DNA of 64,000 nucleotides, from contig OZ242318.1 of the NCBI GenBank assembly GCA_965208105.1, positions 1,600,001-1,664,000 on the forward strand, read 5' to 3'. Of the stretch, positions 18,887-28,095 are shown piece by piece. The DNA is from Candidatus Latescibacterota bacterium (lineage in GTDB: Bacteria > Latescibacterota > UBA2968 > UBA8231). The position numbers were made by a program, and so were the translations under genes. Numbering within the stretch: position 1 is the first letter of the stretch; every line of letters begins with the position of its first letter. The notes under the pieces are model-generated. The model ran no database searches. It was not told the DNA's origin and was given only the letters and a program-made list of their open reading frames with translations.

Positions 18887-19204
18887 TCACGGCAACCCGC
18901 CCAGCTTGCCGGCCTCGATCTCGGCCATGCGCTCGCCGAGCTCGCTCACCTCGATGATCCTCTTCTCGAGCAGGAGGTTGGTCATCGACGCCATCCAGCG
19001 CTCGTAGTAGCCCAGGCGGTCGTAGGCATCGGCTCCCAGCTCCTCGATCCCCCGGCGCAGTTCGTCCACGCTGAGGATTTTCCGTCTGCCGAGAAGGACC
19101 ATGAGAGCATCAACCCTCTTCTCCCACGGTGCCCTGTCGTGCTCTTCCCGGTCGATGGGACCGGCTTCGAGCCCGCCCATGTCGTGGTGTCTCCTTGCGG
19201 TCAT
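18887..19204 (-). CDS. Nitrile hydratase beta N-terminal half / ScnB-like subunit
   Basis: HDMGG, WEKRV, DELRRGIE, YYERW, LLEKRII. Start MTARRHHDMGG. Confidence 0.88.
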   Translation of the reverse strand: MTARRHHDMGGLEAGPIDREEHDRAPWEKRVDALMVLLGRRKILSVDELRRGIEELGADAYDRLGYYERWMASMTNLLLEKRIIEVSELGERMAEIEAGKLGGLP

Positions 19205-19305
19205 TGAGGAATCTCTTTTTCTCCCTTTATCCCGGGGATTGGACGCCTGCCGGCAGGAGCAGCCTAGGGCATTTCCCCCCAGCCCTACCTCCCGCCTTGC
19301 TCGGC

Positions 19306-20019
19306 TCACGCAATGAACTTGCCATAATCCAGGATGGTCGCATACACCATGAGACCGATGATGAACAGCCAGCCGGCCAGCGCCAGCGGCGCGTGAAGCC
19401 GCAGTAAACCGGGGTGCAATTTCTCCAGGAGGTAGAGGCAGATCTTGCCGCCATCCAGCGGCGGAACCGGCAACAGGTTGAGGAATGCAAGGTTGAGACT
19501 GAGAACGATGGAAAAGTTCAGCAGCTTGACCGCGTCGGTACCGGCGAACTGCCCTCCCTGAACGACGATTCCGACGATTCCCGACAGTTGATCGGGGCGG
19601 GAAAAAAGCAACGGGATGGCCGCGAAAAACTCCTGGATCGTGTCCAGTGTTTGTGAGACCGGCAGAACAAAGGCGCCGGAGAAGGAAAAGCCGGAGGTCA
19701 GCCAGTTCAAGATGGCGAAGCAAAACAACGGAAGCAGGATGTTCGCCAACGGCCCTCCCAGGGCGAAAAGAATCCGCCTGCCCACAGGAATCCGGAAGAA
19801 TTCGGTCTCGTCAGCGATGTCGGGCAACACATATCCCCCTACGGGAATCCACGAGAGTCGATATTCGGTGCTGCCTCTTTTTATCCCCCACAACTTTGGG
19901 CCCAGGCCTATGGAAAATCTCGCTACGGGCATCCCCACCCATCGCGCCACGAGAAAATGCCCGAGTTCATGAAAGAGAATCAGCAGGCCGACCAGCCAGC
20001 CGGCGATGAGGTAGTCCAT
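19306..20019 (-). CDS. Site-2 protease (M50/RseP-like, no PDZ domain)
   Basis: HELGH, FSIGLGP, IPVGGYV, GGPLAN, NLLPVPPLDGG. Confidence 0.92.
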   Translation of the reverse strand: MDYLIAGWLVGLLILFHELGHFLVARWVGMPVARFSIGLGPKLWGIKRGSTEYRLSWIPVGGYVLPDIADETEFFRIPVGRRILFALGGPLANILLPLFCFAILNWLTSGFSFSGAFVLPVSQTLDTIQEFFAAIPLLFSRPDQLSGIVGIVVQGGQFAGTDAVKLLNFSIVLSLNLAFLNLLPVPPLDGGKICLYLLEKLHPGLLRLHAPLALAGWLFIIGLMVYATILDYGKFIA

Positions 20020-20026
20020 GTGCTCC

Positions 20027-20839
20027 TCAGTTTCGGCCTTGCGAAGTGCCGACCTTCCTGCCGGCGATCAGAAGCATTTGCGGCAGTCCCTCCAAAGGCG
20101 CGCACTCCCACCCCTCGGCGGCGTCGCCGATCTCCTCGAATCTGATCAGCTCGGCCCCCTGCTCGATGACCGCGTTGAGGTACTGGGAAACCGTCCAGTG
20201 AAACTCGTACTGCTTCACGTCGCCGGGTTGATTGGCGAGCAGATCCTCGGTGGCGCTGTATTCATGCGGGCCATTGTCGAAGTAGCTTGCCTGAACCTCC
20301 AGGGAGTCAGCCGAATCCTTCCAAATCCTGCGGAAGGGATGGTACTCGTTGACCAGGAACAGACCTCCCGGCCGCAGAATCCGGATGGCTTCGCGGTAGT
20401 AGGCCCGGAGATCGGAAACCCAGACCCCCACGTGGCCGCCGGTGTACACCAGGTCATAGCCGGAGCTTTCCAGGCAGCTCAGGTCGGCGACGTCCGCCTC
20501 CACGAATCTGATGGAAAGGTCCAGATCGGCGGCGCGGCGGCGGGCTACGCTCAATTGTTCGGCGGAGATGTCCACGGAGGTTACCCGGGCGCCCATCCCC
20601 GCAAAACCGAAGACGGCGAGATTGTCTCCGCTGCCCAGAACGCAGACCTCCCGATTCTCCACCGTGCCGATCAGGTCGAGCTCCTGCGGCAGAAAGATCT
20701 GCTCGGGCTGCCGGTGGGCGATGCGCCAGGTGCCGCGCCTGTCGTGCATGGCCTCCCAGGCCGGTGAACCCAGATTCCAGCGGTCCCTGTTTGCCAGGTG
20801 ATAGTCGTTCACGGCCGGCAAGTCCAGTCTGCGATCCAT
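20027..20839 (-). CDS. Class I SAM-dependent methyltransferase
   Basis: VCVLGSGD, GARVTSVDIS, YDLVY, RILRPGGLF...EYHPF. Confidence 0.85.
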   Translation of the reverse strand: MDRRLDLPAVNDYHLANRDRWNLGSPAWEAMHDRRGTWRIAHRQPEQIFLPQELDLIGTVENREVCVLGSGDNLAVFGFAGMGARVTSVDISAEQLSVARRRAADLDLSIRFVEADVADLSCLESSGYDLVYTGGHVGVWVSDLRAYYREAIRILRPGGLFLVNEYHPFRRIWKDSADSLEVQASYFDNGPHEYSATEDLLANQPGDVKQYEFHWTVSQYLNAVIEQGAELIRFEEIGDAAEGWECAPLEGLPQMLLIAGRKVGTSQGRN

Positions 20840-20861
20840 GTGCACTCCTCTCGGGTCCCGG

Positions 20862-21338
20862 CTAAATGTACATCTGGATGGAGAACATCCCGTAGCCAAA
20901 GCGCTCGTAGAACCGGTAGGTGCGCGACCAGTCCACGTTGTTCGATCCCACCATGGAGCGCCTGATCCCCTCCGCTCTCGACCTCGACAGCAACGCCTCT
21001 ACAAGCCGGCCTCCAACTCCCCTGTCGCGGTGGTCGAGGTGAACGAAGACCTCGTGAATATGCAGGAACCATTCGCCCTCGGGCTTGAACAGGGTGTGCT
21101 TTTTCACCGCTCCCGCGGCGTAAGCTATGACCACCTCCTCATGCTCGCCCACCAGGAAGTAGCCCCCATCGAGCCAGGACCCGAGCCGCTCGTCGCCTTC
21201 CTTCAGCCCGGGATATCCCGTCGTACAGCCTTCGGCCGACCAGAGTTTCGACAAGCCCACGACGGCCGGGAAATCGCCGGCTCGAGCAGGCCTGATATCA
21301 TAACCATTATCCCGTTGCCTATCCCGTTGCCGGCTCAT
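20862..21338 (-). CDS. GNAT family N-acetyltransferase
   Basis: IRPA, FVHLDHRDRGVGGRLV, FYERFGY. Confidence 0.85.
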   Translation of the reverse strand: MSRQRDRQRDNGYDIRPARAGDFPAVVGLSKLWSAEGCTTGYPGLKEGDERLGSWLDGGYFLVGEHEEVVIAYAAGAVKKHTLFKPEGEWFLHIHEVFVHLDHRDRGVGGRLVEALLSRSRAEGIRRSMVGSNNVDWSRTYRFYERFGYGMFSIQMYI

Positions 21339-21350
21339 GTTTTCCCCTTC

Positions 21351-21968
21351 TCAGGGCAGCCTCACCGCGACAAGATGGGACTTTTCCAGGGGCAGGATGT
21401 GGGTCAGGTAATCGGGGTCCTCGTCCAGCCCGCGTTTGAATGCCGCCCAATCCGGGTCCTCGTCCCATTGTTCGACCTTGGACCAGCCGTCGACGAAGAG
21501 GAAGGCCCTCGGCGTCATCCGGCTTTGCAGAAGGGGAAACATGGGACCGAACGCGTGTAGGCCAAAATCGACGAAGACGAAGTCCACGCGCTCGGGGAGG
21601 GCTGCGATAAAGGCGTCCCCCTCTCCGGATTGACATTCCACCAGGTGGTCCAGGCCGGCCCGGCGCAGATTGCCCTGGGCAACCGCAGTTTTCTCTGGCA
21701 CCTGGTCCAGGCTGAAGACGCGACCCCCGGTGCGTTGGGCCGCTGCGGCCAGGTGCAGGGTGGAGTAGCCGTGGGAGGTGCCGAACTCCACGAGGACCCT
21801 CGCCGGTTGGCGGATGGCGGCGAAACAGAGGTATCGGGCCACCTGGGGGCTGACCGCCTTGAGGCGCATGGGATCGGTGGAGCCGGCGCGGCGCTCCCGG
21901 CGGTCGCGCCTGTGCAGGCCGTCGACGATGGCTCGTTGCTCCGGCGTGAACAGGTCTTCGATTTGCAT
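21351..21968 (-). CDS. O-methyltransferase-like class I SAM methyltransferase
   Basis: LVEFGTSHGYSTLHLA, NLRRAGL, VDFVFVD. Confidence 0.85.
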   Translation of the reverse strand: MQIEDLFTPEQRAIVDGLHRRDRRERRAGSTDPMRLKAVSPQVARYLCFAAIRQPARVLVEFGTSHGYSTLHLAAAAQRTGGRVFSLDQVPEKTAVAQGNLRRAGLDHLVECQSGEGDAFIAALPERVDFVFVDFGLHAFGPMFPLLQSRMTPRAFLFVDGWSKVEQWDEDPDWAAFKRGLDEDPDYLTHILPLEKSHLVAVRLP

Positions 21969-22011
21969 GGCAGAATCCTTCGGCTCATCACCCCCCGGCG
22001 CACGGCACCCC

Positions 22012-23049
22012 TCATCGATCGGCGCGCCGGGTCATCTTGAGGGCCTCTACGGGGCGGCCCTCGGGCAGGGCCCGCAGCCAGACGCCGTCGAGAAAGAAAT
22101 CCTCGCCGCGCCCGCTGACCTCGAAGCCCAGCTCCCTGAACAGCCGTTGCTTTTCTTCATCCTCCCCGGATACGGTGGCGACGAACTCGCGGGCATCGCG
22201 CCCCCGCCCCCATTCCATCGCCGCGAGGATGAGGCCGGGCCAATCCTTCAGATAGTAGGGATGGGTGAATCCATCCACCGAACACACCCCATCCGCCTCG
22301 AGCTTCGCGCTGGAAAGGCCGACCACCTTCTGGCGCTCACCGGCCCGCGCCGCGAAGAAGGTGGAGCCGGGCTGCTGCAGCATGTCCACGTAGGCGCCGC
22401 ACTGACCGGCGAAACTGCGGCGCACGGAGTAGCGCGTGGTGAAGATGCCGGCATTGCAGTCCATCACCTGCCAGTCGTGCGGGGTATGCACCAGCGGCAC
22501 CGCCGGAGTCCGGTCTGCCGCTTCCCCTGGAAAAATGGCCGCCGGGCCCAGGCCGCGGAAGTAGTCGGTGAAATACGCCTCGGGGGACTCCCCGGACATG
22601 GCCTGCACCAGGGCGTTGGAGCCGACCAGCTTCGAGTAGCCGACGCGGGCGTAGAGGCGGTCCGCATCCTGGTTGCCGCCCCCCATGACGATGGCCTCAC
22701 CGCCCATCTCGCGGAAATCCCGGACCGGCCGCTCGAAGAGGACGCGCCCGATGCCGCGGCGGCGAAACCCGGGATCGGTGGCCGGCATGCCGAATTCGGC
22801 GAGCTTCGGGTCGCGACGGGAGATCCACAGCATGGAGGTCCCCGCCAACTGCCCCCGGACGCGGGCCAGATAGAGCACCTTGCGGTCCTCCGGCCGGTCG
22901 CGGTCGCTGAGGCACTCGACGTACCAGGACAGGTCCGAGCCCTGGCCGATCTGCTCCGGCACCTTGGTCCACAACTCGTGGACCTCTATGGCCAGGGCCC
23001 GGTCCTCGATCGGGGATTCGATCCGGGTGATCTCGAGCTCGCTCGCCAT
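22012..23049 (-). CDS. GNAT family protein (probable tandem GNAT domains)
   Basis: ATDPGFRRRGIGRVL, RLYARVGY; second domain ends LFRELGFE. Confidence 0.75.
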   Translation of the reverse strand: MASELEITRIESPIEDRALAIEVHELWTKVPEQIGQGSDLSWYVECLSDRDRPEDRKVLYLARVRGQLAGTSMLWISRRDPKLAEFGMPATDPGFRRRGIGRVLFERPVRDFREMGGEAIVMGGGNQDADRLYARVGYSKLVGSNALVQAMSGESPEAYFTDYFRGLGPAAIFPGEAADRTPAVPLVHTPHDWQVMDCNAGIFTTRYSVRRSFAGQCGAYVDMLQQPGSTFFAARAGERQKVVGLSSAKLEADGVCSVDGFTHPYYLKDWPGLILAAMEWGRGRDAREFVATVSGEDEEKQRLFRELGFEVSGRGEDFFLDGVWLRALPEGRPVEALKMTRRADR

Positions 23050-23292
23050 CAGGACCTCACTTCAGGGAAGGTTTCCAGCCGCGCGGGCATCGGGGCCGCA
23101 CCGTCAAGCCGGGCGATACCGGCGAGGGCTGCGGACCCTTCGAGCAAAACCGGGCCGCTGCCAAATGGCGCCGGACGGCGCCAACTTCCAGCCGATTGTC
23201 CGCGGGATGCATTTTCGCTCATGCGGCTTTCGATAACGGCGGTGTCATGCGATTCATGACCAATAGTAAGGGTTCCCCCCGGGCGGGCAAGC

Positions 23293-24804
23293 TCAGCCCC
23301 CGGCCAGGTCCAGGGTCGATCCGCGTTCGTCGCCGGCGACCCGCCAGCGCATGGTGGTCAGCCGTCCCAGGAAGCGCTCGTCGTGGCTGACCAGCAGCAG
23401 GCCGCAGGGGCACTCTTCCAGCGCCTCCTCGAGGCATTGGATGGAGGGAAGGTCGAGATGGTTGGTCGGCTCGTCCATGACGATCAGGTGGGGCAGCCGG
23501 GCGATACCCAGCGCCAGCAGGATCTTGCGCACTTCACCGGGACTGGGCTCGGCGCTCTCGAGCAATCTGTGCGGCCTGGACCCCAGCCGGCTCACCGCGG
23601 TCATGGTGCGGCCCAACTCCGCCGGGGGCAGGGAGCGCAGCTCGGCGAGAACCCGGCGCGCCTCCCCGGCGCTGATTTCCTGGGGCAGGTAGACCAGCCG
23701 TTCGGGCTCGATATTGAGCCGCCGCAGCAGGTGGCGCACCAGGGTGCTCTTGCCGCCGCCATTGGGGCCGGAGAGCGCCACCCGGTCCGCGGGCCGCATC
23801 ACCAGGTCGGGATGCTCGAGGGTCCGGCGGCCTCCGAGATCAATCTTCCCGGCGGCCAGGCGCAGGAGATAGTCGCGCTTCGACCGCTCCCTGCCGAGCC
23901 ATATCCCCATGTCGTAGGTCTTCCTGACCCGGATCTCCTCGGCCTTCCGCCGCGCCTGCTGCAGGCGGCCGTCCATCTGCCGCAGCAGCCGCCCGCTCTG
24001 GCCGTCCTTGCCGCTCACCCGCGCCAGATTGCGCTTGTAGCGTTCGCTGTTGTCCTTGCCCAGGCCGCGCTTGGAGCGGCGCTTGTCCGCGCGCGCCGCC
24101 TCCTCCCGCCGCCGCGCCACCTCGCGCTCGAGCCGGTCGCGCTGCCGCCGCGCCTGCTCGGCTTCGCGCCGCAGGCCTCCCTCCTCCAGGGCCTCCTGTT
24201 GAACTCCCCGGGAATAGCCCCCGGGCCGCACAGTGGCTCCCGGGGGGTCGACGAAGACGCACTGGCGGCAGAGCTGGTCGAGGAGGTCCCGGTCGTGGCT
24301 GACCAGAAGCCCCACACCCCCATAGTCCCGCAACGCCCCCTGCAACAGCCCGCGCGCCGGGGCATCGATGTGGTTGGTCGGCTCATCGACGGCGAGCACC
24401 GGGGGCTGCTGCCACAGCGCCGCGGCGATCTGCGCCCGCTTGCGCTCGCCGTGGCTCAGGCTCTCCCAGCGTTCGATCCAGTCGGACTCCAGCCCCAAGC
24501 GGCCTTTGACCTCCCAGGCCTCGCCGTCCATCGCCTCCAGCAGGAGGCCCAGCAGGGGCGGGGGATCGTCGGTGCGCTGGGCGCAGTAGACGCTCTCCCC
24601 CGGCCCCAGCACCGACCCGGCATCGGGGGGAAAGGCCCCCACCGCCAGCTTGAGCAGGGTCGTCTTTCCCGACCCGTTGGCCCCGACAATGCCCGTCCAC
24701 CCCTGCGGAAAGTGCAGCGTCAGGCCGCCGAACAGCGGATCGCTCATGGTCTCGTAGGCGAATTCCACCTCGCTGAAACGTATCTCGTTCATACCCGTCA
24801 CCAT
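23293..24804 (-). CDS. ABC-F family ribosome-associated ATPase (candidate antibiotic-resistance ABC-F)
   Basis: Two NBDs (GANGSGKTT/LSHGE/DEPTNHID; GPNGGGKST/SPGE/DEPTNHLD), long Arg/Lys-rich linker, no TM segments. Start may be ATG 24792. Confidence 0.9.
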   Translation of the reverse strand: MVTGMNEIRFSEVEFAYETMSDPLFGGLTLHFPQGWTGIVGANGSGKTTLLKLAVGAFPPDAGSVLGPGESVYCAQRTDDPPPLLGLLLEAMDGEAWEVKGRLGLESDWIERWESLSHGERKRAQIAAALWQQPPVLAVDEPTNHIDAPARGLLQGALRDYGGVGLLVSHDRDLLDQLCRQCVFVDPPGATVRPGGYSRGVQQEALEEGGLRREAEQARRQRDRLEREVARRREEAARADKRRSKRGLGKDNSERYKRNLARVSGKDGQSGRLLRQMDGRLQQARRKAEEIRVRKTYDMGIWLGRERSKRDYLLRLAAGKIDLGGRRTLEHPDLVMRPADRVALSGPNGGGKSTLVRHLLRRLNIEPERLVYLPQEISAGEARRVLAELRSLPPAELGRTMTAVSRLGSRPHRLLESAEPSPGEVRKILLALGIARLPHLIVMDEPTNHLDLPSIQCLEEALEECPCGLLLVSHDERFLGRLTTMRWRVAGDERGSTLDLAGG

Positions 24805-24806
24805 TC

Positions 24807-24837
24807 AACAAAAAAACCGCCCGGGATCCAGGCGGTT
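24807..24837 (-). terminator. Intrinsic terminator immediately upstream of the ABC-F start (attenuator)
   Basis: Minus strand AACCGCCTGG-ATC-CCGGGCGGTT followed by TTTTTGTT. Confidence 0.8.
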
Positions 24838-24947
24838 CGTTGGCTTCGCTCATCTGAAATGTCGACCGGTCTCCTACCGTGAAATACTTCGCCCTGCAGC
24901 CTGCGGTAAAAGACTCGGCTCTACTGCTCGTTCACTCGCTGCGCGGG

Positions 24948-24977
24948 CTATTTCGCAAAAGACCAGATGCGTATCAT
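24948..24977 (-). CDS. Putative leader peptide MIRIWSFAK
   Basis: GAGG RBS 5 nt before ATG; 9 codons plus TAG; lies between the promoter and the terminator upstream of ABC-F. Confidence 0.6.
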   Translation of the reverse strand: MIRIWSFAK

Positions 24978-25012
24978 CCTAACCTCTTGTTGGGTTTTGG
25001 ACCATTTATCTG

Positions 25013-25042
25013 AAGGTAAGCCTCGACCCCCCAAGCGGTCAA
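25013..25042 (-). promoter_or_regulatory. Putative sigma70 promoter of the ABC-F leader
   Basis: TTGACC-N18-TACCTT on the minus strand, about 35 nt upstream of the uORF ATG. Confidence 0.45.
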
Positions 25043-25185
25043 GGACCACCGCAGGCCGGCCGAGGATATGAAGCCTGTGCGGACCGGCTCCCGGTAGCCG
25101 CGGCGCGGGCGGCAGGTGGTGCCCCTCGGCTGGGAACACGTCGATGCAGTTGCCGGGGCTGATGGGATGGGTAATCCTCGCACAG

Positions 25186-27948
25186 CTAGTGCGCCTCGAG
25201 CCAGTTTCTTCCGATGCCTACCTCGACCTCCACCGGCACGGTCAGGGGCAGGGAGCTGCGCATGCATTCCGCTATCAGTAGCGGCAGGGTGTCTTCCTCC
25301 GATTTGTGCAGGTCGAAGACCAGCTCGTCATGGACCTGGAGCAGCATCCTCGTCTTGCACTCCCTCGCCTTCAGCTCCCCGTGTATCCGGTTCATGGCCA
25401 GCTTGATCAGGTCGGCCGCGCTGCCCTGGATGCGCGAGTTTATCGCGTTGCGCTCCTCGCCGCGCTTGGTGGTGTGGTTGCGCGAGTTGATGTCGCGGAG
25501 GTAGCGCCTGCGGCCCGTCATGGTCTCCACGAAACCGTGCTCCTCGGCGAACTGGATGGTTTCCTCCATGTACTTGAGGGTGCCCGGATACTTGGCGAAG
25601 TACTGGTCGATCAGCTCCTGGGCATGGCCCCTGGGTATGTTGAGGCGCTCGGCCAGGCCGAAGGCGGAGATGCCGTAGATGATGCCGAAGTTCACCGTCT
25701 TGGCGCGGCGCCGCATCTCGTCGGTGACCCCCTCGTAATCCACCTCGAAGATCTTCATGGCCGTGGCCGAGTGGATGTCCTCGTTGCGCAGGAAGGTGGT
25801 CATCATGCCCTCGTCGCGGCTCAGCTCGGCGGCGATGCGCAGCTCGATCTGCGAATAGTCGGCGGCCATCAGCAGGTAATCGTCGCTGCGCGGCACGAAG
25901 GCCTTTCTGATCTGGCGCCCCATCTCGGTGCGCACCGGAATGGTCTGCAGATTGGGACCGTAGGACTGGATTCGTCCCGTGGCGATGACCGCCTGCTCGT
26001 AGGAGGTATGCACCCGCCCGGTCTTCTCGAACACCGAGTTCGGCAACTGGCTCACGTAGACGGAGTTGAGCTTGGTGCACATGCGGTAGTGCAGGATCTG
26101 CTCCACGATCTCGTGCCTCGGAGCCAGGCGGCGCAGCACCGCCTCGGCGGTGGAGTACTGCCCGGTCTTGGCGGTGCGCTTGGCGTTGGGATCGATCTTC
26201 AGCTTGTCGAAGAGGATGTGGCCGAGCTGCTTGGCGGAGTTGAAATCGACCGGCTCTCCGGCCAGCTCGGCGATGCGGTCCGACGACCGTTTGATCTCCT
26301 CGTCGAGAAAGGTGGACAGATGCTTCAGTTGGTCCACGTCCATGCGCACCCCTTCGAATTCCATCTCCACCAGGGCCGGCACCAGGGGGCACTCGATGGT
26401 GGCGAACACGGTCTCCTGACCCATCTCCTTGACCCGCGGGCGCAGCACCTCGGCCAGTTGCAGGGTGATGTCCGCGTCCTCGACCGCGTACTCCACCACC
26501 TGCTCGAGGGGGACCTCCTTGAGGGTGCCCTGGTCCTCGCCCTTTTCCCCGATGAGGCTGGTTATGGATATGGGGGTGTAGCCGAGCAGGGCCTGGGAGA
26601 GGTAGTCCATGGTGCGCCTGAGCTCGGGCACGGCCACGTAGGCGGCGAGCATGGTGTCGAAAATCCGGCAGGAAACGGTGAGCCCGTGCCAGCGCAGGAC
26701 CGACAGGTCGAACTTGATGTTGTGTCCTATGAGCTCCTTTTCGGGGTCGGCGAACAACGGGCGGAACTCGTCGATCAGGGCCATGACCCCATCGCGGTCC
26801 TCCGGCATGGGGACGTAGCAACCGGTGTGCGGTTTCAGGGAGAAGGCGAACCCCAGAATGTCGCAGGTCTTCTGGTCCAGGCTGGTGGTCTCCATGTCGA
26901 AGCAGAAGGACTGCGCGCGGGAGAGCTCTTTCAGCAGGTCGCGGCGGGACTCGGGCGTGTCGACACAGCGGTAATCGTGCTCGACGGTCGCGATGGTCTT
27001 GAGCTCATCGGAGGAGAACAGGTCCCCCTGGCTGGCGCCGATCTTCAACCGCGGCACGGCCGAGAAGTCGTCGCCGAAGAGCCGCTTGCCCAGGGTGTTG
27101 AACTCCAGCTCGACGAACAGCTTCTTCAGGTCCTCGTCGTTCATCTCCTTGACCGTCAGCGCATCGGGGGTCACCTCCAGGGGGACGTTGCGCTCGATGG
27201 TGACCAGTTCCTTCGACAGCAGCGCCAGCTCGCGGTTATCCTCGATCTTCTCCCGCTGCTTCCCCTTGAGCTGGTCGGTGTTGTCCAGCAGGTTCTCGAT
27301 GCTGCCGAACTGGGCGATGAGCTTGCGCGCGGTCTTCTCGCCTACCCCTGGAACCCCGGGCACGTTGTCGCTGGAGTCCCCCATCAGCCCCAGCATGTCG
27401 ATGACCTGATCGACCCTCTCGATCCCCCACTTCTCCAGTATCTGGTCCACCCCCATGGTCTCGAGGTTGTCTCCTGTATTGCCAGGCTTGCAGATGAACG
27501 AGTGCTCGGATACGAGCTGTCCGTAGTCCTTGTCCGGGGTCACCATGAAGGTGGTGAAGCCCGCCTCGTCGGCCTGTTTCGCCAGGGTGCCGATGACGTC
27601 GTCGGCCTCCCAGCCGGGGACGCGCAGGACCGGGATGTTGAACCCCTCGATGAGCCGGAACAGGTAGGGCAGCGCCGCGCCGAGGTCTTCCGGCATGGCC
27701 TCTCTCTGGGCTTTGTACTCGGCATACTTCTCGTGCCGGTGGGTGGGTTCCGGGGTGTCGAACACCGCGGCGATGTGGGTGGGTTCGTTCTTGTTGAGAA
27801 TGCCAAGGATGGTGTTGGCGAGGGCGAACACCATGGAGGCGTTCATTCCCGTCGACGTCATCCTCGGATTGCGCAGCAACCCGAAGTGGCCGCGATAGGC
27901 CAGGGCCATGCCATCCAGCAGGAAGAGAGTTTTTTGCGTTTCGGCCAT
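25186..27948 (-). CDS. polA: DNA polymerase I
   Basis: 5'-3' exonuclease (LLDG, EADDVIGT, GDSSDNVPGVPGVGEKTA), 3'-5' exonuclease (FDMETT, GHNIKFD), polymerase motifs ADYSQIELR, RRRAKTVNFGIIYG, QVHDEL. Confidence 0.98.
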   Translation of the reverse strand: MAETQKTLFLLDGMALAYRGHFGLLRNPRMTSTGMNASMVFALANTILGILNKNEPTHIAAVFDTPEPTHRHEKYAEYKAQREAMPEDLGAALPYLFRLIEGFNIPVLRVPGWEADDVIGTLAKQADEAGFTTFMVTPDKDYGQLVSEHSFICKPGNTGDNLETMGVDQILEKWGIERVDQVIDMLGLMGDSSDNVPGVPGVGEKTARKLIAQFGSIENLLDNTDQLKGKQREKIEDNRELALLSKELVTIERNVPLEVTPDALTVKEMNDEDLKKLFVELEFNTLGKRLFGDDFSAVPRLKIGASQGDLFSSDELKTIATVEHDYRCVDTPESRRDLLKELSRAQSFCFDMETTSLDQKTCDILGFAFSLKPHTGCYVPMPEDRDGVMALIDEFRPLFADPEKELIGHNIKFDLSVLRWHGLTVSCRIFDTMLAAYVAVPELRRTMDYLSQALLGYTPISITSLIGEKGEDQGTLKEVPLEQVVEYAVEDADITLQLAEVLRPRVKEMGQETVFATIECPLVPALVEMEFEGVRMDVDQLKHLSTFLDEEIKRSSDRIAELAGEPVDFNSAKQLGHILFDKLKIDPNAKRTAKTGQYSTAEAVLRRLAPRHEIVEQILHYRMCTKLNSVYVSQLPNSVFEKTGRVHTSYEQAVIATGRIQSYGPNLQTIPVRTEMGRQIRKAFVPRSDDYLLMAADYSQIELRIAAELSRDEGMMTTFLRNEDIHSATAMKIFEVDYEGVTDEMRRRAKTVNFGIIYGISAFGLAERLNIPRGHAQELIDQYFAKYPGTLKYMEETIQFAEEHGFVETMTGRRRYLRDINSRNHTTKRGEERNAINSRIQGSAADLIKLAMNRIHGELKARECKTRMLLQVHDELVFDLHKSEEDTLPLLIAECMRSSLPLTVPVEVEVGIGRNWLEAH

Positions 27949-28095
27949 GTGAAAGGACCTCCCGGTTTCGGAACCTCGCGCAGGCACCATGCGGTCCGCG
28001 CCGGCGGAGTGTATAGCCGGACCGCCGTTAAATAAGGCACTATTTACCGGTGCTCTGTCAAGGTGCTGGACGCGGGGCAGGTCCCGACGACCTTC

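Noticed and set aside
16997-23049. Integron cassette array (many small co-oriented GNAT/methyltransferase genes)
   Set aside because: No repeated attC-like sites seen in the spacers, several gaps are too short, and there is no integrase.
25306-28035. 909-aa plus-strand ORF, and similar long ORFs at 32868..35396, 43045..45168, 60732..63845 and 944..2542
   Set aside because: Antisense or alternate-frame shadows of clear genes, expected in high-GC DNA; no recognisable motifs.
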